Below are positions 39,201 to 51,200 of a stretch of DNA of 64,000 bases, piece by piece (position 1 is the stretch's first letter; every line of letters starts with the position of its first letter). This stretch comes from Phoronis australis. Lineage: Eukaryota > Animalia > Phoronida. The stretch covers positions 95,310 through 159,309 of the forward strand of contig NMRA01000465.1 of NCBI GenBank assembly GCA_002633005.1, written 5' to 3'. The notes beneath the pieces are model-generated. The model worked only from the letters and a program-made list of their open reading frames with translations. It had not been told where the DNA came from and ran no database searches. The translations under genes were made by a program, and so were the position numbers.

Positions 39201-42200
39201 TAGTCATATCTGGTACACCATCAACAGGCAAGCCAAGGTTCTTAGCTTCAGTGATGTGCTGTCTGTGAAGCTCCTTCTTCTTTTGACGTCGTTTGTCCAA
39301 CAGCTGTTGGCGCAGTTTGTTCATCTGCTCCTCTTTCTGTTTCTCAAGACTGCCTGAGATCTTCTGCAGATTGTTAGCATACTCAAGCATGATCTTTTCT
39401 CGTTCTTCATCTGTTGTGGCTGCAGATAACTTGAGTTTGAGCTCCTTCTTGAACTCTTCAATCACCTCCTTCTTCTTATCTTCAAATGCTAATATTGTGT
39501 TGTTAATCTGTTGAATCTCATCACCTTTGAGTTGGTTTTCCAAGCTTGCAGCTTCATACGTCTGTTTGTTAAACAGATGCTTGCCACGTTCACGTCTTTC
39601 TTCATCAGTCTCCTTTCTATCCTGAGGAGCAATAAGTGACGCGTTCACTACAACTGTGCTAGTAGACTTCTGGTCACCCACACCAGCATCAGCAACACTC
39701 CTGGGGACCTGTGTAGCTTCAGATGTTCTATGCATCTCCGTTTCACGGCGCGAGCTGTTCTCTTGATCTACAACAACAGTTTCATGCAGATGACTTCTCT
39801 GAGGCTCCACAATGTGTTCGATGCCACTATGCAACATGGTTGTCTTTACATCAGTGTGATGCGAAGGCAAGCCACCTGACTGTAATATGGTAACCAAGTC
39901 ACTGTTCAACACAAATGGACCTCCCGACTCCAACATAGCTATCAGTTGCTTCAGTAGAGGAATCAGTTCTTGATCGGATGAGCCAGAGGTCAAGTTCAAC
40001 TCTCCATACAGCCCTGACAAGCAAGCATCATAATCACCAGCCAGCACAGCTGATCCAGACAGCACAGCCTTAGCTTCGACTGCCAGAAGTTCTGCTTTCT
40101 GCCGAGCGTATTCCAGGGAAGCATGCTCCTCATCCAGGCTCTCTAGTCGTGTCATTATCTGGTCCTGCAGCTCCACTTGGAGTCGACCTTTGGCCTGTAC
40201 GTACCTCTGACGAGCCACCATCTCAGCATCAGCATTCATGGCACCATCCAACTCTGACATGCGATCTTTAAACTTGCCTTCTTCCTTCTGCAGTTTGTCA
40301 AAGAACTTGCGTACCGTATCCACAAACTTACTGTGCATGGAGTGGTGAGCGTCTTCATGTCTCTTCTCTGAAGCGTCTGCCTCAGTAAGTACAGACACGA
40401 CATCTGGTGGTAAGACAGAGCCATACTCGGCCTCTGCATCCTGACGCCGCTGCACCTCTTCTTTGGCAGCTTCTGCTATCTGGTGGGAAATTTCAGACAT
40501 CTTCTCTAGACTGCTCTCCACAACTTTGACAGTGGTGTTCTCCACGTCAAACAGAAGGATCTGTGACAGGTGGAACTCCTGCATGGTCAGGTCATCCTCT
40601 CGCTGTCTCTGGCGTCGCCAGAAGCCACGACGAGCCACGATCTCTTCTTCTAGCATAGCCAGTGCTCCTAGAGGTGGCTTTCGCTTCTTGTGCCCACCCG
40701 ACGATAAAGTGACAGGAACAACGGTGTTGGTCTCAGCATTCACTCGTACACCACTAACTGGGCTCAGATCTCCTGTCACTGGGTCAACTGCTTTACGTCC
40801 GAGCATGATGGGTACAAGGCCTGAAATAGTAACAAGTAGTGTAAGCAGACCTCCAATGACTTCATTCTTTCAATTGGCAAATGCATCCCATACTAAATTA
40901 AACGTAAAAATACACTTATAAAACTGAACTGAGAGGAATAGACAAGAGTAACTCTATATTGTGTCAAGAATTTACAATTTAAAGTATGAACCAGACCTAG
41001 TAACTTTCAATTGCTGAGTTGAACAACGTATGAATTACTCATCAATCTCAATGTCCTACAAAACTTGCCTTCTCCCTCAATGTCCTCCATAGTGCCCCCT
41101 AGTGGTCGTATGTTACCAGTTAATTTCTCTTTCTCCGCTCCCAAGATGGGGACCTCGAGCTCAGACCCAGCAGGGTCCAGCATTGTGGTGCCTATCAGGA
41201 TGGGAAGTAGCTGGCCAGTACGTGTGAACTCATACATGCCTGCAATAGGACAGAGAAAGACTTGTCAGTCGATGTCTAGGCTCACCATGATGTATAGAAT
41301 TCACCATAAAGAGTCACGTACATAGTGAGGCAACTAAGTACTTCTTGAGTCGCATGGACACACAGCTATGATAAAAACAATCAATCCTAACCATAAGTCA
41401 AACTCCTCCAATCAGATGACAGATTTTAACAAGAGACAGGCAAAGATAATATGAGCATAATCTGACAGACACTGAATCAGATAAGAATGTTTTGAATGAA
41501 GAGTGCGAATAGCAAACATTGAAAAAATGGAATATGACTGCCAGGCAGATTACCAACCCCAAGGTCTTCTTAATGGAGGAGTCTAATCACCAGAAAACCT
41601 CCAAAATACTGCACAGCATTAGCCTACCTGGTGACCCGCCGGTAGTTGCCAGTACATTGGCCCTCTCCTCACGCCGTGACAGGTCCTGGGAGACTCTGAT
41701 CAAGTGTGCCCGTAGACGTGTCCGTGCTCGCGTCAGTTCTTTCAAGACACCTTCACACAGTGTCTGCTCATGACGTACGTTGAGATCTTTACCAAGGTCA
41801 GCAGCATCATCACCTAGTCAAGAGAAATCATGGCATCATTTGTTATGTTTGCTGTGCCATAGATGAAGTCATGTGAAATGGACAGTCTTGAGTACTATAC
41901 ATCAAACAAAGCTACATTCTAGCCTTTGCATTTACTTTAAGATGTACTTTAAAGTTGTATCACTTAAACTCAAATTCACAATCCGATAATGCGCCCTTTC
42001 TGAAACATTTGGAAAATGTTTACTTTTAGTAAACTCTTGGTTCAAGTATTGTTGTTACAGAACATTTAGCTCAAAGTATTAGACATTCAAATGCAACATC
42101 ACCTGAGCAAATACCAAGTTAAGGTGCGCTAAACAACTTAAAACAATCCATGATTTACAATCAATCGCAGTCAACTTACTGCAAACGGCGTCCTTCAGCT

Positions 42201-45200
42201 GTCTGAACACATCCAACAGTCTGGCCTCACAGGCCAACACATTAGCATCCAACAGAGCTTGGTAACCACCGCCAGATGGCAGCACCTCACCCTCTGACAA
42301 ATAACCACCATTAATCCTCAGTGTTCCATTACTGTGTTTGTCCTCTGCTACATCACCCGGGATGATGGGAGTTGGGTTGCCATGATCACCAGCTCTAGTG
42401 CCACCAATGGGGAAGGCATTGCCTGTACTGGCATCAATCTCAGCTGCCAGGATGGGAACTGGCATCTCCGTGTTAGGATCCAACATTATGGAGCCTATCT
42501 CAATGGGCACTGGTAGACCAGAGACTGGGTCTATATGGGAACCTCCAACAGGGAGAATAGAGCCCGTGTCAGGATGAATTGTCATGGCAACAATGGGGAC
42601 GTGGATTCCACTCTCTGGGTCAGGGATGGCTTTTCCATACTTCATGTCTGACCTGCGATCCAAGGCCTTGAACTTGGTGGTGACCGGTCGACCGGTGTTG
42701 GGGTCAACAGGATAGGGTACATAGGGTATAAGCTCATCATCACCACGTGCTGCTTCACCTGAAATATTTGGGCAAAGTAGCAACAATATAAGATTAAAGA
42801 TGTTAGGCTTTTATTCTTAATTTTAGAATACATTATTTGTAAATCAGTCCAAGTAAAAGCTTTCTTCATACACAACAAACTTTTGACAAAACAAAATATT
42901 GGCTACATAAATAGAAAATGCCAGACCTGGTGACGTTGCAGAAAATCAAGAGCCTGATTTTGGGTTGTTACCATAAAACACTACTTAATTGAAGTAGTCA
43001 TGCACACAAAAAAAACAAAATACCTAAGGCTTGTAAATATTTTTATATTAAAATTTTGACTAAATTGACAAACGCCAGCACCATATCTAGTTTAACAATC
43101 AAAATGACTTCAGTGCTAGTTCTCAAGATTAGTAATGTTTTATTTCTGTTCATCTCACCTGTGGCCGAATCTGCTGTAAACATTAATCTTGATGACACGG
43201 GGTCAAACGCCACGTTACTTCGTATAGGTAATAGTCGGCCAGTCTGAGGGTGAAGGAAGTAGTCGGATGGGATCTCAACCATTCGGCCATTGTCTTCTTG
43301 CATCTGCACGCCATCGTTAGGTACAAATAGTCCAGTGACAGGGTCCATATGAAGGAGCTCAGGCACCATTATAGACATCTCTTCACCTGGGTGAATACAC
43401 ACACATGAGCACAAACATGTACAACCACAAGGGAAGATAGGCATACCGACTTGATTATTTAGACACAACCATTAAATAATCCATTGACATTTTCTGGTTA
43501 AGTGGACATCAAGCCCAGCGGAGGTGAAACTGACTCTTACATCAACCAAACACAGTATAGGACACAGAATACATTTGGTGGCTAGTGCACGCTTGGCGAC
43601 CATCTTCATATCACTTTAACAGTGTGGGCTGAAGCCCACGTATCTCTATGACAGACACATTAACTGCTCAACAACAAACTACCCTACATGTTCAGTTGAG
43701 TCACAAGCATGATGTGAGCAAAATGGGGCAGAAATCAAAGAGCAACACAATAAAAACTGAGTTTTGATTTAAAATGTCCTCAACTAAGCATTAAGACTGC
43801 AGTAAATCCGCATTCCAACAAAGAAGCAAGCTTTTGATTCAAACAATTTTCCACTAAGAAACACAGTCTCAACTCCTTACTCCCAGGAGAATTGGGTTTC
43901 TTGGATTGGAAACAACTGACAGTTCATTAGTACCAGAGTACATGACTCGACATGAGAAGCCATCTTGTTGAACATGTACTGAACCAATAACCAACAGCCA
44001 GACATCACAACTTGTTTGAGTACGGAAAAAGATTGGACCAATTCCATAATTTTGGAAAGAGGCCTAAATCCAGCAACTTCTTAACGAATAAAATATTTAC
44101 ATGAAGATATAGCTTTAAGGTAGTACCAGACGAGTAAACCTCCAATACAAAGCAAGTTAAGACTTGCACTGTACAGTTACGGTCATGTGATAGCATTTTG
44201 CCTACAGTGACAGAAAACAAAACAATCATAAAGTCTGATCTACGAAACATTTCAAAGTCTTTAATAACTTTTGTCTATTCTCACTTACTTATAATTTCCT
44301 CTCGCTGTAATGCATGTCCATAGGCCGACACAAGCTTGCCACCAGAGCCCTTACCCAGAATGCCCCATGCACCCAGTCTCTGGCATTCATTAGTCAGTTC
44401 AGTTGACATTCGGTGTATGAGAGACCCAACACGGGCACCAACCGTGCGGTGCTGTGTCTGATCAAACTCCCCATCAACCACCACTTGACCTCGTTGTAAC
44501 TTCTCAGAGTGTTCAGTGAGCAGACGGGCTGCTTCCCTTAGGGCTGCTTCAAATGCCACCTGGTGGTACATGACACAAATGAAATAAAACTGGCAGAATG
44601 TACATCTATGGGTACACATAACAGAAACATTACATTCACTGGTGTGATGTGTCTAGTTAACACCAGGTGGCAGCTTATTCCTGATTACATATACACTAAA
44701 AAAACACTGCTTGTGACCAAGAATGATACATGCAGCATGTAAGCAACTGACAATTCACAATCATTAAGAGAAAGGACCCTTTCACAACTCTAGGCCCTGA
44801 AACCACAAGTCTCCCTCATGCACACCGAACCAGATTACACTCCAAGTCTGGCTAACTTCTCTCTGGCCTCCTACTCAAACACGCCTGATGAGTTTCTCTA
44901 TCTCTCTCATCCTCATCCTTCAGTGCCCTCTCCTTGACCAGATCTCCCTATAGACTTGCTCCCCTCCCTCTAACCCACTCAAACCCACCTGATGAGTTTC
45001 TCTTTCTCTCTCATCCTCATCCTTCAGTGCTCTCTCCTTGACCAGAACTCCCTCCAGCCTTGCTCCCAGTTCCTTCCTTCGCTCCAACTCTATCTCGAGC
45101 TCTTCCAGTTTGTACTCATACATGGCTAGGTCTTCCCGTGTTGCCAGACCACTACGCCCCTTCAGGTTCAACTTGGNACATATACACTAAAAAAACACTG

Positions 45201-48200
45201 CTTGTGACCAAGAATGATATATGCAGCATGTAAGCAACTGACAATTCATAAACATTAAGAGAAAGAACCCTTTCACAACTCTAGGCCCTGAAACCACAAG
45301 TCTCCCTTATGCACACTGAACCAGATTACACTCCAAGTCTGGCTAACTTCCCTCTGGCTTCCTACTCAAACCCGCCTGATGAGTTTCTCTATCTCTCTCA
45401 TCCTCATCCTTCAGTGCCCTCTCCTTGACCAGATCTCCCTATAGATTGGCTCCCCTCCCTCTAACCCACTAAAACAAACCTGATGAGTTTCTCTATCTCT
45501 CTCATCCTCATCCTTCAGTGCTCTCTCCTTGACCAGAACTCCCTCCAGCCTTGCTCCCAGTTCCTTCCTTCGCTCCAACTCTATCTCGAGCTCTTCCAGT
45601 TTGTACTCATACATGGCTAGGTCTTCCCGTGTTGCCAGACCACTACGCCCCTTCAGGTTCAACTTGGCCGCCCACAGACCCTTCAGTGACTCCGTCTGAT
45701 TGTTAATCTTTTGGTATAGACTCTTGACATCTTCCTTCTGTCGTCCCAAAGTCTGAGTCACGTCACGTGACTGCTTGGACAGAGTGTCGTATAATGTCTC
45801 AGCATTGAATGCCTCAAGGTCAACTTGATGTGTGTAGTCCCAGAATTCATCTCCCTTTACCTCTATTGTCGTAGCTGAAAACAGATTGAACTGATCAACA
45901 GTTGAAAGGGTGAGTCCTGCAAGTCTTTCAGCTACAATCTAGTGTAAGAATCCTGTATACCATTCTTTGACCATGCATATTACAGCCAGGGTATAGTTTT
46001 ACTTTTTGAATGATGGCATCCCAAGAACCATGATACCATTCTTCGAGACAACATACTCCCTATACCTCAACCCTGTTCGTAACAAACCATATCTGCAACA
46101 GGTTCTTGATAGAGATACTGATGACCAGGACTTTCAAAAAAAGTGTAACTTTGCATTTTAATTCCTTTGTGGTAATCAAAAACTTAAACTAACAATTTGA
46201 AACCTACTCTTCACTTATCGTCAGAATATGCCAGACAAAGAGACAGACAAAAATTCTCCTCAATAACCAATTTTCATACTTTTATTCCTAAGCCTGTAAA
46301 AGAGATATGGAGCGATGCAACTCTCATAGAGTTTAAGTTGTCTGAACTAAAAAAACACTGAAGACTCTTAACACATACCATCGATCACAGCCTCGTGACC
46401 ATCAGGCTCAGTCCTGGTCTTGTGGAAGGTGAGGGCCTCCAGATTCCTGTTGTACTTCTTAGCAGGGTGTACTGTCGAGCCCTTACTGGAGTAGTCGTCA
46501 AAGTTGTACTTCTGTGTCAGACCTCTGTACTTGGGACTGCCGAACAACACCTTACCCCAGCCGTACTTGCGGAACAGAACCTAAAAGCACAGCGTATGGC
46601 AATATCCACTCTTATTAGGCTCAATCAACAAAGGTAACAGAAAACACTTCATTGCTGTCCGTAGAAAGGTCTATTCTGCAAGTGAATTTGACAAAATTCA
46701 ACCAGAAAAGACCCACATACAAAATGACCATAAATTGAAACCAATCACATCCAATCTCTAAACACCAGGGCTTGGAATGTCCAATTACGAAAAACGCGGA
46801 AATTTTTACGGCCCAAAACATGCGCGCTATAGTCCATTAGACGATGTGGAGCTTTTGCCGACAAAAATCGGGAGGACTAAAAAATGAACAAAAAAAAACA
46901 AAAAACGGTACCACCTCCAGGACCGTGCGTCTGCATCTTTTTAGCTCGTCCGTCCACTCCACTCCCACCTCCACACATTTTTGGCTGCAGAGTCGTAGCA
47001 TTTGTCACCGCGGTTTCCAATCACACGAGAGGCCATTATTGAAAAATCCACCACGCTATCCCAGATGCCCCGGCAATGTTGACAATTTACGTTCCTCCGA
47101 AACATAAAGAGCAACTTCCGCTTTTCGAGTTGAAAGTCATCGGCAACGCCGCGGTAAGAAAGAAATTTGCCGCGAAAATTTTACACCAAATCCGATTTTT
47201 TTTACGCGGAAATACAATAAAATACGCAGACAGAACATTTGAAAAAAGCGGAAATCCGCGTTTCAGCAGAAAATTCCAAGCCTCAAAACATCTACTACAA
47301 CAAATTTTTGATGAATTTTCAGATAGAAAAAAAATTAAGGTTGAAATAAAATATAATGGACAGTCCTACTTCTCAAGAAATCCAAACTTGTTACTGTAAA
47401 GACGGCCTAACTAGATAAAAAATTCCTTTAAAAGCCCAACTCACCAGAGCGACAACGACCAAAATCATGACTATCAAGATGGATGCCAGCAGTATAAAGA
47501 TGACCGCCCAGTCGGGTGCCTTGAGGATCGTTTGATCTATCTTCATTCCATTCTGGACAGCGTAGCGGGCAGTACTCGGGAAAAATGGGCCATCCTCGGC
47601 ACATTGACCACTGGGGTCCATCACTCTGATATACTGGGCACAAATAAGAGAGATGTTAATGAAGCCAGTTAGGTACTTGGATTATCAGGAGGTAACACAA
47701 TATCAGACAGGTGTTGCTAAATACAAATCTAAATTATAATAACCACATTTTCTCACAAGCAAAACTTACATCGGCTGCCAATGTTCATAAAAGAGTCATG
47801 ACTTAGTGACTTCCAAACATTTTGACCCACAAGTGTTTAGGAGATTAATAATTCACTGCTTAATAAAGACACACATCTACATAGCCAGTAAATATGGATA
47901 ATAAAGTGGCTTATAACAAAGTATGATCATTTTCGCAATCATTATTTTATGCTGCGTTTATTTCATGTTTAAGACGAGAGACAGAGATATAACACACCAT
48001 TTTCTTATTGACATCACTTGAGAGATAGAAGACATATACACCCGGGTCTTTGAAGCGGTAGGCAAACAAAGTGGTGGCCGTCTCCACCTGAGACTGCGCT
48101 TCAACAAGCTCCCGGAAGCCTCCATAGTCAAACTTCTCATTAGTATTGTACAAGTTATCCCTGAAACACAGAACACAATGACACATCACAAGCAAGAAGA

Positions 48201-51200
48201 CCCATGCACTGTCTTATTCATAATTATTATAGCATGCCTGCCAATAAGCAAACATAAAAAACATCCCCAGCTTACAAGTTGACTTCTTCATTGATAGTAG
48301 TTATTGGTGACTGTCACTTACTTGTCATAGACTGGGCAATAATTATTGGTGACTGACACTTACTTGTCATAGACTGGGCAATAGTTATTGGTGACTGACA
48401 CTTGTTATAGACAGGGCAACAGTTATTGGTGATTGACAATTACTTGTCATAGACTAGGCAATAGTTATGGGCAACTGACACTTACTTGTCATAGACCAGG
48501 GTAATAGTTATTTGTGACTGGAACTTGATTGTCATAGACTGGGTAATAGTTATTGGTGACTGACATATACAAGTCATAGACAGGGATATTAGTGACTGGT
48601 GATTGACACTTACTTGTCATAAACGGGGTAATAGTTATTGGTGACTCCAAAGAACATATACTCTCCGTGCTTCAGGCACGTGGTAGGGTTTCTTACACCT
48701 GTGTATGTAGTGTTGCCATTGATGGATGTTGCCAACAGGCGGCGCCGGGCTCCTGCAATAAATAATGCAACATAATGCACAACTGTGTACTAAATTTGTG
48801 CAATCAAATTACTCATGGAATGAGGTAAATACTGGCTTACTGGCTAGTGTCCACTCTTAGTGTATGAATTTACCTGATCAGCACTGGCCACTTGCAGTGC
48901 TGTTATTCATATCAGGACACATCTTGGCTGTGATTGGATGACAAGTGCCCTCATTGTGACTCTGCTTTGTGAGACTTAGTTTACTTAATATGCTCATAGG
49001 TCAAAAGGGAAAACAACATTTTTGCTTCACAACCCTAATTGAAATTTTGCATAGGACGTAATTCTCAAGAGAAAAAAAATGATACTTGTTTGAATAAACT
49101 TGTGACTCAATTGGTGACCCTATATTTTCAACCCATTCCTTCGCTGAATGACTTACCCCCTGTTACTGGGCTGTTGACGACCGTTTTAGCATTATTCTCC
49201 AACAGAGCATCACATTGCTGGGGGTCCATGTTGTACACTCCGACCATTCCATTCTCATCCAATGAGGTGAAGTGTATGGCAGAGGTAGCGCCATCTCGTG
49301 AGTCACACTGGTCCTCAGCGATGGTGTTGTAGTAGTTAGTTATCCGTCTCAGTTCTCTCACAGGTTTAAAGGAGTAAATGGAGCCATTCTTGTTCTCGCA
49401 GGCGATGTACGGTTCTTCGGGGAACGGAGGACACACAAACTTGATTCGGAACCGCTGTGCTCGACGACATTCAAGGTCACAGATTTCCTGAAGATCATCC
49501 ACTTTACACGTACACTGAGCTTGGTTCTTGTCAAATCCAATGTAGTCAGCAACACCGCACACCTGTAGAGAAAGGCAATTATGAGCTGCACGTATAACAA
49601 GTCCACCTGGTAAGTCAGATATGATACAAACATGACCTGCAAGCAACACAATGTCATGTCAATGTGGGAGGAAGCAAGGTTAGCAACACTTTGGTGCATG
49701 TATAGAGCTTGTTATTGCTTTTGTTTAACTCCAATAAAAGTATTCAAGACTTAAAATAAAAAACTCATCACTGACACGTTTAGTTTACAATTAAATATGT
49801 TAGCTAGGCAAGACTCAACTGTTTGTAAGTAGTTTCAAGTCGAGTTTCAGCCAGCAGCACGACATGAACTCCTGTATCCAGTGCCCAAACTACCAGTGGC
49901 GGATCCAGGATTTTGAGTTGGGGGGCAGGGTAGAGTATTAGCCAAGATCAGACATTCGCACCCCCAAACTGACAAATGGAATCTGGGAGAACTTTAGTAG
50001 GGGCCATGGCCCCCTTGGACCCCCCTCTAAATCTGTCACTGTAAACACTGCACCTCACCCTCAAACGTTAAAATAACTTGACAAAAACAGCGAGTGTACA
50101 CTGACCTCTTTACAGTGCGCCTCCCACTGTGCGTTGTCATAACACTGACCATTCTGGTTCCGTGTCTCACCCTCCACACAGTTTGTGTACACCTCCTTCA
50201 CACAGTCCTGTGCTCGGCCCTCCATTGTTATGAAGCCATATTTACATGGACATTTCCTGTCACTCTTCTGTAAACGAAATAAAAATGATGGACTTCACCA
50301 CAAAAACAAAACAAAACTGAGAAGTTCATAATGTAAATACTTGTTAATTCCAATTAAGTTCACCACGGACCATAGTAACTGTCACAAACACTGATCAGGA
50401 CATCAGTCTAAGATGACAAGAATAAAACTACTGAACGTCTTTGCTATACTTCCCCACTTTTTGATTGTTCCGAAATCCACACCCAGTACTCCTCCCATCT
50501 GAATGCCTCTACCCTGTACATTAGACAGGTATCAATTCCCCAGACAGGCTAAAACCCCTTACTCCACACCCACCTCACTTGCAAGTCTGTAACCAATAAG
50601 CAGGTATCCAAACCTATATTATGCTGGTTTCCTTCCCCACAACCCTTCTCACCTGAAAGTCCCTTCCCTGCCCTGTACATAGACAGGTGTCCATGCCTAC
50701 GTCAGGCTGCGTTGCCTCTCCACCACATGTAAAGCACTGTAACTGTCCTGTCAGGTGGTTGAAATGATCCACTGGACATGGTAGACAATCAGACACACTG
50801 CCCTTGGACTCAAATGGGTTGTATCGACCCTTGGGGCATGGCACTGGCTTGCCACTGCCTTGTGGTGCATAGTAACCTGGACAGAGCATGATAGCGTCAG
50901 GTCAGGCATAACTGTCACATACTGTTTCCGCGGTGTCACCAGTAAAATTCCAAAGATCATTTTATTCATAACCCCACAAACAGTACCTACTTAACAGACT
51001 GTCATTCATTAAACAAATTATTTTGTCCCCAATGGACCGAGTACACAGTAACAGTGTCTCAAAGTCATTAAGTGAATCTAGCACAGACCTGGCAGCGCAA
51101 AACATTTTTTGTCAAAAAAATCCAAAATTTCAGAGCAAATTTATTTGGCTACAATTAACTTATATTTTTTTCTAATCACTTTCACATTTTTGACATAGTT

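Noticed and set aside
32634-40921. Plus-strand Ser/Leu-rich ORFs (e.g. 32634-33068, 38966-39268, 40463-40921)
   Set aside because: Antisense shadows of E/K/R-rich exons of the minus-strand gene.
43881-43978. Extra exon of the giant gene (open frame with AG/GT ends)
   Set aside because: 98 nt would shift the frame; flanking exons join in phase without it (EEIIS|EEMSIMVP).
44687-45667. 490 bp tandem duplication including part of exon 45480-45874
   Set aside because: Joined by a single n (45177), allele-level differences and a truncated exon copy; most likely an assembly artefact.
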